Below the pieces are notes generated by a model. It did not search any database, was not told the origin of the DNA, and was given only the letters and a program-made list of their open reading frames with translations. Both the position numbers and the translations under genes were made by a program. DNA of 64,000 nucleotides from an uncultured Candidatus Saccharibacteria bacterium (lineage in GTDB: Bacteria > Patescibacteriota > Minisyncoccia > Phycocordibacterales > UBA918). Where the stretch lies: NCBI GenBank assembly GCA_964626635.1, contig CAZVFY010000002.1, positions 5,300 to 69,299 of the forward strand, written 5' to 3'. Positions 43,669 through 52,427 of the stretch are shown piece by piece. Within the stretch, counting starts at the first letter, position 1, and each line of letters starts with the position of its first letter.

Positions 43669-43958
43669 GCTAGATAGAATAAAGTGTGCGTGCAGTATAG
43701 CATTTACGGGCTGCGCCGATAGGTAAGGTGAGAAGCGGCGTATATATCATTAGGATTTGTCCAAACACAGCGTGGTGTTTCTCAATCAACACCCGTGTCT
43801 AGTGAGCATTGCACGGCATCTTGAGGCGTCCGCGGGGTCGAACGCTTGTGATGGTTGCACACACATCGGAGCGTGTCGAAAAATGCCGCGCAGTGCTCAC
43901 GTTCAAAAATCGATAACCGCTTGACGAAACCCGATAGTCTGATACGCTAGCGACACTT

Positions 43959-44480
43959 ATGTTAATGATGCGACTACAACGCGTCGGCCGCCGTAACGAT
44001 CCATCTTACCGAATCGTGGTCACCGACAAGCGAACCGGCCCTAAGAGCGACAAACACGTCGATCGTCTGGGTTCTTACAATCCTAAAATGGACCACATCC
44101 AAATTGACGCTGACCGCGCCAAAGACTGGCTCAGCAAGGGCGTACAGCCGTCTGACACGGTGTACAACATCCTGGTGGGACAGAAAATTGTCGAAGGCCG
44201 TAAGCGCAACGTGCTCCCAAAGAAATCTCCAATAATTGATGAAGAAGCTCTCGCCAAAGCCAAAGAAGAGGAAGAAGCGAAAAAAGCTGCCGAAGAAGCC
44301 GCTGCCGCCGAAGCCAAGGCTAAGGAAGAAGCAGAAGCAGCTACTGTAGACGAAGCAGCAGCTGACACACCAGCCGAAGACGCTTCAGCCGAAACTGACA
44401 GCGAAACAGAAGAAAAGCCGGTAGAACCAGCCGCTGACGAACCAGCCGCCGACGACGCACCAGAGGAAGACAAAAAATAG
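43959..44480 (+). CDS. rpsP: 30S ribosomal protein S16 with long Ala/Glu-rich tail
   Basis: MRLQRVGRRN..YRIVV, LGSYNP, GVQPSDTV. Confidence 0.95.
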   Translation: MLMMRLQRVGRRNDPSYRIVVTDKRTGPKSDKHVDRLGSYNPKMDHIQIDADRAKDWLSKGVQPSDTVYNILVGQKIVEGRKRNVLPKKSPIIDEEALAKAKEEEEAKKAAEEAAAAEAKAKEEAEAATVDEAAADTPAEDASAETDSETEEKPVEPAADEPAADDAPEEDKK

Positions 44481-44590
44481 TCAACTTGCATTGGCCAGTT
44501 GTCCCGACACCCGACCGTTGTATCCGGTCGGGTGTCACGTTATACTTGAATGAGAGCGAATGCTCATCGCTACCAGATAAGACTAGAAAC

Positions 44591-44944
44591 ATGGAACAGT
44601 ACGAAGATAAGCAATTCTTGGAAACTACCGTCAAAGCCCTCGTTGATAACCCGGACGCCGTACAGATCAACCGCACCGTCGATGAAATGGGCGTGTTACT
44701 TACGCTCGATGTGCATGCTGATGATATGGGCAAGATCATCGGCCGCAGCGGCAACACTGCCAAGGCGATCCGCACTTTGTTGCGAGTGGTCGGCATGAAG
44801 CACGACGCCCGCGTCAACCTCAAAATCAACGAACCTGAAGGTGGCCGCGGCATGGATCCACAGATGCACGAAGCGATGCAAGAAGACAACCCTGTCAGCG
44901 ATACCAAGTCACTTGATGACGCGATTGATGATCTGAAGATTTAG
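44591..44944 (+). CDS. khpA: KH domain RNA-binding protein KhpA/YlqC
   Basis: LVDNPD.V, DMGKIIGRSGNTAKAIRTLL; follows rpsP. Confidence 0.9.
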   Translation: MEQYEDKQFLETTVKALVDNPDAVQINRTVDEMGVLLTLDVHADDMGKIIGRSGNTAKAIRTLLRVVGMKHDARVNLKINEPEGGRGMDPQMHEAMQEDNPVSDTKSLDDAIDDLKI

Positions 44945-44956
44945 TATAATCACCAC

Positions 44957-44984
44957 AAAAGACCCGCTTCGGCGGGTTTTTTGT
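44957..44984 (+). terminator. Intrinsic terminator after khpA
   Basis: aaaagacccgc-ttcg-gcgggtttttt. Confidence 0.8.
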
Positions 44985-45029
44985 TGCGCAACACACTGGT
45001 TTGTACTATGGTGCCTGTATACTACAGCT

Positions 45030-45815
45030 ATGAAACGCGCTCACTTTTACATACTCACCGCCGCCATTGGTCTCTTACTTATTCTTGCAATTGTTGTGTT
45101 TACTAACGAACCCGACGTAGCCCCAGGAGATACGGCTGGCAATACCACACAACCGCAACCAGCCCCGACCGAACCAGCAGAGCGAACTGCACCCCTCAGC
45201 ACCACCACCGCCGCTGGTACCTTCATCATCGACCCCGCCATCCCAATCAACGAGCGCTGTACCCCCGTGACCCTGGCGTGTCTGGAGGCGCAGCCGGAGT
45301 GGAACCCAACCATGGCGACAACCGGGATCGAGCGGATTGACCCGAGCGAGCTCACGCTGTTCGATGGTACCTACCAACTAGACTACCAATCCGTCCCGCG
45401 CAGTACCGATCCATTTACTTTCGTGACCGCTAAAGACGAGCACGACCCTGCATATTGCGCACAGTATGACCTCACCGGCTTGGATTTATTTATCCGTGAT
45501 GAGGGACCCTTAGAACCATCATGTTCAATTTACCCACCAGAAGCGTACCAAGAGTTCGTCATTCTTGATGAGAACGAGGCGGTGGTGCATGCGTATCGCT
45601 TATCGGATAAATATTCGTTATTAGAACTAAGGGCCGGCGTGCAACTAATGGGGAGGGTTAATTCGGTCGGTGCAGGATGTTGCAACAGTCAATACAGTAC
45701 ATCTCTCTCTCTCTCATTTATAAACTGGTCTGATTATAATCAGTTTTATAACCCTATCGTTACAGGGGTTTATATAAACCCTTACACCGGCGCCTTCAAC
45801 GACCGCACCAATTAG
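45030..45815 (+). CDS. Array paralogue A1: membrane-anchored Cys-containing protein (intact)
   Basis: MKRxHFY+TM, ERCTPVTLACLEAQPEW, VHAY, INWSD, YINPYTG motifs shared with downstream copies. Confidence 0.85.
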   Translation: MKRAHFYILTAAIGLLLILAIVVFTNEPDVAPGDTAGNTTQPQPAPTEPAERTAPLSTTTAAGTFIIDPAIPINERCTPVTLACLEAQPEWNPTMATTGIERIDPSELTLFDGTYQLDYQSVPRSTDPFTFVTAKDEHDPAYCAQYDLTGLDLFIRDEGPLEPSCSIYPPEAYQEFVILDENEAVVHAYRLSDKYSLLELRAGVQLMGRVNSVGAGCCNSQYSTSLSLSFINWSDYNQFYNPIVTGVYINPYTGAFNDRTN

Positions 45816-45913
45816 TCGACACCCTTTTGGCCCCGTGCTACACTCGCCTTAGAACAGCCGCCCTTTCGGGCGGTTTCTGTTCTTTGATAACCTCAAACAA
45901 AAAGGAGGCAGTC

Positions 45914-48850
45914 ATGGCTGCAACTACAACAAGTGTCGATCGAAGTGTAACTGTAGAGGAGGGTGATCGTGCTCGCATCTACATCGAGCGCGAAGGAGAT
46001 CTAGCTACCTACTCAACTGTTTGGGTTACAGTCGTCTTTAGTGATCGGGACGAGAGCTGGGGCGACTTATCATTTCGCCGCGTCGGCGGTGATGGGGTGA
46101 GTTGGTTCAATCAAAATCAAAACCAAGGCGCAATCAATTTTGCCCCTGGTGATGATCGAGCGTACGTAGAATTCGACATCACTGAAGACGGTCAGGCTGA
46201 GGATTACGAATCCTTTGGAATCGAAATCTACAACCCAACCAATACTAATATCGGTGATTCGCGCGACTTTATCAAAGTTCCCGAACACGATACCGCGCCC
46301 AACACCAACCTGCCGCTCGTCCGCGTCGATGACGCGGTCGCAGCGCTCGAGGGTACGGGCCAAGAACTGGAGTGGAAGATCACGTACACCAACCCGTACA
46401 ACCGGGACTGGGATGGCAGCGAAGACGGCCGCACGGTCGTGCACTACCAGATCATCAATGACCGGACGGGGCAGGTGGTGGACAGCGGCTCGACCACCAA
46501 CAGCAACGTAGATGCTTACGAGGTAGAAACGCGCACCATCGACTACCGTCCGCCAGACGACAATGTCTACACCGGCGGCACGACGTACACCTTCCGGGTC
46601 ACCCGGCTCGAGTACCTCAGTGGCCAGACCGGCAATGTCGCGTCTGGCCTAGTGGTCGATGACGAGCTACCATATGTACCGCCGATCCCACCAGAAATCT
46701 CGATCCGCGGCGACACGGTCGACGAAGGCGAGGTTGCCAACGTCGAGCTGCGTCTCAACAAAGCGAGCGCGTCCGATGTCTCGGTCGTGGTTAGCACGTA
46801 CTACGGTACGTTTAATGAAGCCAACACTGGCGGCAGCGGCCTCGACTACGCTGGGCTTGTGGACCGTTCGTTCACTATCCCCGCCGGGGACACGAGCGTC
46901 ACGGTGCCGATCACGACGTTCACTGACAACATCTACAACGAAGGAGACGAACGCTTTGAAGTCCGGATCGAATCCGCCAGTGGCGCAACCATAGATGATG
47001 AAAGCGCCACGGTACGGATCCGGGATACCACGGTAGAACCGGAGCCAGTCCCTGACCCGGTCTTGTCCGGGTCGCAAGTATTCGAGTACAACCTCGCCTT
47101 GACCAGCGCGGAATCGATCATGGGTACCAATCGTTTGGTATCGGTGATCGAGTCCGAACCACTCTTGCTGCGTCTCGCAAAGACTTTGCAAGACGCTGGC
47201 AGCAATGTGATCGATGGTCTGGTGCAGGCTGGATTGTCGCTGATCGGGACTACTGCATACGCGGCCGAAGCCGATGTGCCACCTGTCCAGTCGTTCAACT
47301 CTATGGCCGACGAGTGGTATGAGTTCTTGTTCCCAAGTTCGTCGTACGGGCGTCTGCTCGCTAGTCTGCCAGATTACTACACCTCGTGGGATCTGGCGGT
47401 GCGTGATGTCGAGCTGCGAGTTGGTGACTACGTGGATGATCGGTTGGTGATCGGTCAGCCACTGTTCAGTGAAGATGGACTCGAAGTCGATGCAGGGGGT
47501 CGGACGATCTATAGCAGTCTGCAAGGTAGGTATGACGCTGTAGACAGAATGACCTCTCACTTCAGCAATGATGGCCATGCCTTTGATTGGGGTGGCCGGA
47601 TAACTGGTAATAACGATGCCTTCGTATTGGCTCCAATCGGAGCCTGGGTCGTTCACGCAGTTGATCATTATGTCAATGATCCAACCAACAATGGCTGGGG
47701 TAGTGATAGTAACAAAAATGATAACGGAGGGTTCGGAAATGTTGTTACGATTCGTGTTGCACACCCCAATGGCGCAGACGTTGATATAACGTTTGCTCAC
47801 CTTAAGAAAGGAAGTGTGCCCGATGCATTTCTGAAAGCAACGGAAGCCAATCCAGTCGAGGTTGATCAATACCAAATCCTTGGTTTGATGGGGAATACGG
47901 GTGCTGGCGATAAACACTTGCACATGCAGGTGGGAAACGGTATTGAAAACGGCATTGCTGTTATACCAAGTGAAGATATCGAGTCTAAACTTAACTTGAA
48001 TCCACCTGTCTACATGCTTGGCTTCGGCAATGCCGATATCGCCTCTCGCGCAGAATTGAAAGGAGATACCTCTCTGGCGCAAGATGCTGGCTTCCCAGCT
48101 GGCGATAGCCGTGGCAGCGAACCGAATGTGGTCAGTGGCATCCAATCCACCGTCGACTACGATGACTTCCGGGCCATCAACGACGCGTACTTCAACCCAC
48201 CACCCCAAGGCCCTCGCCAAATCATCACCACCGAATACGACGCCACTACCATTGGGTCGATTGCGGAGCGAGGTGGATGGACAGACATCTTGGACGGCAA
48301 CGCTTCACGAGTGAAGGTGCACGATCAAGACAACGAGTTGCGCTATAAACGCACGGACATTGAGGCCAGTGCGCGCACGGATGAACGGCACGAATCCAGA
48401 GTGCTAGTCACCGAGTTCGTCGTCGATCTTGCTGATGGTGTCGACCTCATCGGCGGCGAACTCGAACTTACGCTCGGGAAGCGCATCAAGCTTGACGCGT
48501 CTGGCCTCGACCAAGTCTCGCTGGCGGTGATCGCGGCCGAGATCGGCGACGATCTCGATCGCGCTGATCGCGATACGTTCGACTTCATCAACCCACTTTC
48601 TAACCAGGTGGGAGTGGATGAGAACTGGCGTCGCGGGGACACCGTTTCGTTTACGTTAAACGAGGCGGGCCTGACACATTTGGCCGCGGGCGGGGAACTG
48701 GCCGTGGCAACGTCGTACCATTTCGACAGTACGACCCCTCCCAATGACCGTAATGGCCGTTGGGACGAACTCCGCATCCAGATCGACGATGCGGATCTCG
48801 AACTGGAACTGCAGCTGCCAATCAACGGAGCTGACGAGTTCCTGTTCTAG
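45914..48850 (+). CDS. Large Calx-beta repeat protein with central M23-like metallopeptidase domain
   Basis: SD AAAGGAGG before ATG 45914; about three Calx-beta-like units (V.EG..DY..F..G.T..I..D..E..E.F); SH..HAFD, GFGNVV, FAHL, GNTG..HLH; C-terminus GADEFLF. Confidence 0.78.
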   Translation: MAATTTSVDRSVTVEEGDRARIYIEREGDLATYSTVWVTVVFSDRDESWGDLSFRRVGGDGVSWFNQNQNQGAINFAPGDDRAYVEFDITEDGQAEDYESFGIEIYNPTNTNIGDSRDFIKVPEHDTAPNTNLPLVRVDDAVAALEGTGQELEWKITYTNPYNRDWDGSEDGRTVVHYQIINDRTGQVVDSGSTTNSNVDAYEVETRTIDYRPPDDNVYTGGTTYTFRVTRLEYLSGQTGNVASGLVVDDELPYVPPIPPEISIRGDTVDEGEVANVELRLNKASASDVSVVVSTYYGTFNEANTGGSGLDYAGLVDRSFTIPAGDTSVTVPITTFTDNIYNEGDERFEVRIESASGATIDDESATVRIRDTTVEPEPVPDPVLSGSQVFEYNLALTSAESIMGTNRLVSVIESEPLLLRLAKTLQDAGSNVIDGLVQAGLSLIGTTAYAAEADVPPVQSFNSMADEWYEFLFPSSSYGRLLASLPDYYTSWDLAVRDVELRVGDYVDDRLVIGQPLFSEDGLEVDAGGRTIYSSLQGRYDAVDRMTSHFSNDGHAFDWGGRITGNNDAFVLAPIGAWVVHAVDHYVNDPTNNGWGSDSNKNDNGGFGNVVTIRVAHPNGADVDITFAHLKKGSVPDAFLKATEANPVEVDQYQILGLMGNTGAGDKHLHMQVGNGIENGIAVIPSEDIESKLNLNPPVYMLGFGNADIASRAELKGDTSLAQDAGFPAGDSRGSEPNVVSGIQSTVDYDDFRAINDAYFNPPPQGPRQIITTEYDATTIGSIAERGGWTDILDGNASRVKVHDQDNELRYKRTDIEASARTDERHESRVLVTEFVVDLADGVDLIGGELELTLGKRIKLDASGLDQVSLAVIAAEIGDDLDRADRDTFDFINPLSNQVGVDENWRRGDTVSFTLNEAGLTHLAAGGELAVATSYHFDSTTPPNDRNGRWDELRIQIDDADLELELQLPINGADEFLF

Positions 48851-48931
48851 AACGAACAACTGATAGCACCCGTGGCGTCCGCGCCACGGGTGGTTTTTTA
48901 TCTTATTCTAAGCTACAGTGCTGCTATACTC
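48797..48931 (+). repeat. Array repeat R1: last codons of large gene + terminator hairpin + promoter of next gene
   Basis: ctcgaactggaactgcagctgccaatc..gagctgacgagttcctgttctag..cacccgtggcg-tccg-cgccacgggtg-gtttttt. Confidence 0.9.
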
Positions 48932-48936
48932 ACATT

Positions 48937-49730
48937 ATGAAACGATCTCATTTTTACATCCTCGTGGCCGCCATTGGCTTACTCGTTCTCTTGGCTATAT
49001 TTGCGTTGTACGCAAACGATACTGAAACTAGTCCAGTTACTACAATCACCAATACCACAGAACCGCAATCAGTCCCGTCTGAACCAACAGAATCTACCAC
49101 ACCGATCTCCACCACCACTGCAGCCGGCACCTTCATCATCGATCCAGCCATTCCGATCGAAGAGCGTTGCACCCCCGTGACGCTGGCGTGTTTGGCGGCG
49201 CAGCCGGAGTGGAGTCCTGCTACGGAATTCAACGGTATGAAACGGGTGGATCCCTTAGAATTATCAATGTTTACTGGTGACATTGAATTGCAAGAAACAG
49301 TTTTGGGAAAAACGCGGGATGTTTTTACCTTGGTACAGCCGTCAGGAGAACTCACAGAAAAATATTGCGCTGACAGAAACATTGCTGTCCCAAATGCAAT
49401 TTGTCCTAAATATGCACTACCTACTTATAATGAATTTGCTATTAAGATTACAGACACTGATGAGATCGTTCATGCGTATGAGCTTGTTAATAATAACTCA
49501 ACAACGTACGTGCCATACTGCGTACCGAGTCTGGAATACTGTGATGGATTGGGTGGAGATAGCGCTGTCGGAAGAGATGCGATTCCACATAAAATTGGAA
49601 TTATGATTTGGCAATGGGACGACATCAACAAAAAAACCCGAGCCTAGATGAGACCGATGAGAGAGAACTCAATATTACTAATCTATACACCGGAGAAATT
49701 AATCGGTTTATTCCAGTTAATGAACGCTAG
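48937..49730 (+). pseudogene. Array paralogue A2, frameshifted at A7 tract (49630-49636)
   Basis: Stops at 49647; adding one A continues KNPSLDETDERELNITNLYTGEINRFIPVNER* to 49730, restoring the NxYTG motif. Confidence 0.8.
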
Positions 49731-49759
49731 CTCTACCTCATTACAATTAAAAAAGGGCC

Positions 49760-49857
49760 ACGAGTTCTTGTTTTCAAACGAACAACTAATAACACCCGTG
49801 GCGTGCGCGCCACGGGTGGTTTTTTATCTTATTCTAAGCTACAGTGCTGCTATACTC
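49760..49857 (+). repeat. Array repeat R2 (shorter, diverged)
   Basis: acgagttcttgtt..aacgaacaact..cacccgtggcgtgcgcgccacgggtggttttttatcttattctaagctacagtgctgctatactc matches R1. Confidence 0.88.
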
Positions 49858-49862
49858 TACGT

Positions 49863-50580
49863 ATGAAACGAACTCACTTCTACCTCCTTGCCACCGCCAT
49901 TGGCTTACTCATCCTCCTGAGTGTGTTTGCGCTGTACAAAAACGATACTACCAACGGGCCCGTAGCTTCGACCATTATTCCAGCCGCAGAACCACTTTCC
50001 ACCACCACTGCCAACGGCGACACTTTCATCACCGACCAATCCATCCCAATCGTGGAGCGCTGCACCCCCGTGACCCGCGCTTGTTTGGAGGTGCAGCCGG
50101 AGTGGGGGCCGACGATGGCGACGACCGGAATCGAGCGGGTTGAGCCGGGGGAGTTAATATATATATAATCCAGACTATATTACCTCAGTTAGTAATGCAA
50201 ATAATTTTGCAATTGTTCACACTGGCCTGGTACACAGTAATATGAACTGTAACGATCGTGGTATTAATCCTAATTCTGTAAACGGCTGGGGTGCACCGGT
50301 GAGTTGTGCGCAGCGCGACAAATCAGTTTTTACTGAATTACTCGTTATTGATGCAATTACTCAAGAACCACTACATGCATATAAAATTACTGGCAATTAC
50401 TCTTGGCTCGGTAGCTATCTAGAAGGGTGGAAGGTGGGAGGCTATCCGTTCGGCGGACAGCCAAATTATTTATATGTCACAATTTTCAATTGGTCTGATG
50501 ATAGTTATGCAGAGTTCTCTAGGCCGACATTGAATTACCGCCTCAACCCCTACACTGGCGAACTGACTGTAAATGACTAG
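49863..50580 (+). pseudogene. Array paralogue A3, frameshifted at (AT)5A tract (50157-50167)
   Basis: First frame stops at 50168; second frame open from 50158 to 50580 encodes LHAY, IFNWSD, YRLNPYTG. Confidence 0.82.
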
Positions 50581-50616
50581 CTTTACGAGAACTTGCCGGA
50601 ATACAAAGGTGCCATC

Positions 50617-51372
50617 ATGAAACGCTCCCACTTCTACCTCCTCGCTACCGCTATCGGCCTCCTTATCCTCCTCGCGCTATTTGCGTTGTATACAAACACC
50701 ACTGACAACAGTCCTGCTACCATTAATGCACCTGCCGGCGCAACCACCTCGCCTGCAGCCACACCCCTCTCTACCACTACCGCAGCCGGCACCTTCCTCA
50801 TCGACCCCGCCATTCCGATCGCGGAGCGTTGCACCCCCGTGACCCTCGCTTGTTTGGAGGCGCAGCCGGAGTGGGGGCCGACGATGGCGACGACCGGAAT
50901 CAAGCGGGTTAAGCCGGGGGAGTTGACGTTGTTTAATAACCGCTATGAATTGGAACGCTTTCCAGTGCCTAAGGGTAGACAACCAGAACTAAGTCCATTT
51001 GAAATGGTCGTGCGCGCAGCAGATTTTAAAGAAGAGTACTGTGCACAGTATGACGATCCAGACCTGCGTCCAGGCCAACGTTGTAACATACTGCCGTACA
51101 CCGCATATACCGAAATGGCCATTGTTTTAAAAGGTACGGAAAAAGTGGTGCACGCGTATCGCACTACAGATGAATACTCGTTGCTGTATCCGTACTGGTT
51201 AGTGATGGGGGGGCGTGGAATATTACTAGCGGCTTAGGTACTAAACAGCAGTACGGTTTTACAATAAGAGATTGGTCCGGCGTCCTTAACGGCTACGCCG
51301 GTTACCGAGCGACTCCTGACGATGTTTTTGTACTTACTCAATCCGTACACTGGGCAGTTTGAGTTGTATTAG
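50617..51372 (+). pseudogene. Array paralogue A4, frameshifted at G7 (51207-51213) and apparently T5 (51325-51329)
   Basis: Stops at 51237; shifted frame gives ..QYGFTIRDWS..; original frame later gives YLLNPYTGQFELY*. Confidence 0.75.
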
Positions 51373-51389
51373 TTATTACCTTTATATCA

Positions 51390-51490
51390 CTCGAACTAGA
51401 ACTGCAGCTGCCAATCGGAGCTGACGAGTTCTTGTTCTAAGCAGTACAACTGATAGCACTCGTGGCGTCCGCGCCACGGGTGGTTTTTTT
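51390..51490 (+). repeat. Array repeat R3
   Basis: Encodes LELELQLPIGADEFLF* followed by the same hairpin and T-tract as R1. Confidence 0.9.
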
Positions 51491-51512
51491 GTAAAAGTGT
51501 GCTATTTTTTTT

Positions 51513-52208
51513 ATGAAACGATTCATACTCTTACTGTTAACACTAATCATATTAATGTTCGCGTTGCACTACGTTCATTACAGTAAGAAAGCCAATTTAA
51601 TGATGAGTTGGTCTGAAACTCATAATCCCGGTATCAATACCACCCTTAATGAAGAAGAGTACTGCAATTATCTATCAGCTAGTTGCTTGCAAAATCAACC
51701 TGGCTGGGATCCAACACTTGAAACCGAGACCTTTTCACGAATTAGTCCGCAGGATGTAGAAATTTTTGCCTCCGAAGTGGGGGTGTCTTCACGATCATCT
51801 TTGGTAAACGAAATACCAAACTTCGAAATAATATTGCCAAATTACGTTGAAGGCCCAGAATATTGCACACAATGGTCTTCAAGCAAGTTTTTTATCACAG
51901 AACTCAAAGGGTATGACGTGCAGTGCTCAAAGTATCGCCCGGAGCTTTATCGTGAATTTGTTGTGCGATCTACAGACACTAATGAAATTATTCATGCTTA
52001 CAGACTAAAAGATAGTTATACCTTGCTGCCTCTTATTGCTACTGTAATGGAAGGTGGTCCGGGCATAAACTATGGTAGACCAGACAAAGGAGATTTTGGG
52101 TTTAGTGTTTATAGTAGCTTGCTACTCGATGATGGGAGGAGTTTTGATTTAGTGGCTAGTTATTACATTGATGTTCTTACCGGTAAGATTATTTCAATTC
52201 CAGATTAA
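51513..52208 (+). CDS. Array paralogue A5 (divergent, intact ORF)
   Basis: MKR+TM, C..L...CL..QP.W.PT..T, EYC, IIHAYRL.D.Y.LL, YYIDVLTGKII. Confidence 0.78.
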   Translation: MKRFILLLLTLIILMFALHYVHYSKKANLMMSWSETHNPGINTTLNEEEYCNYLSASCLQNQPGWDPTLETETFSRISPQDVEIFASEVGVSSRSSLVNEIPNFEIILPNYVEGPEYCTQWSSSKFFITELKGYDVQCSKYRPELYREFVVRSTDTNEIIHAYRLKDSYTLLPLIATVMEGGPGINYGRPDKGDFGFSVYSSLLLDDGRSFDLVASYYIDVLTGKIISIPD

Positions 52209-52274
52209 TTTTTGTAATATATAAATCATACATCCGCCAATCTGCTTCAAGAAAGTCAGAAAACACATTTATAA

Positions 52275-52380
52275 ATGTGGATCTAGAACTAGAACTGCAG
52301 CTGCCAATCGGAGCTGACGAGTTCTTGTTCTAAGCAGTACAACTGATAGCACTCGTGGCGTCCGCGCCACGGGTGGTTTT
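52275..52380 (+). repeat. Array repeat R4
   Basis: Reads identical to R3 over about 95 bp (52286-52380 vs 51393-51487). Confidence 0.9.
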
Positions 52381-52427
52381 CTGGTAGTTGCATTTTTCGT
52401 ATGCTACATTCTAATATATCTGCAAGT

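Noticed and set aside
44506-44536. 12-bp hairpin between rpsP and khpA as a novel element
   Set aside because: Single copy with no further structure; adequately explained as an ordinary terminator or processing stem
46667-48220. 517-aa minus-strand ORF
   Set aside because: Antisense shadow of the large Calx-beta/M23 gene; no motifs or expression signals
49648-49866. 72-aa ORF after A2 as an independent gene
   Set aside because: It spans the out-of-frame tail of A2, repeat R2 and a terminator
45030-52208. Diversity-generating retroelement driving A-family variation
   Set aside because: No reverse transcriptase in the window and no template/variable repeat pair differing only at adenines; divergence is extensive at all bases
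48797-52380. R1-R4 repeats as a CRISPR array or integron attC sites
   Set aside because: Repeats are ~100 bp, spaced by whole genes, and derive from the coding 3' end and terminator of the large gene; I found no RYYYAAC/GTTRRRY boundaries, cas genes or integrase
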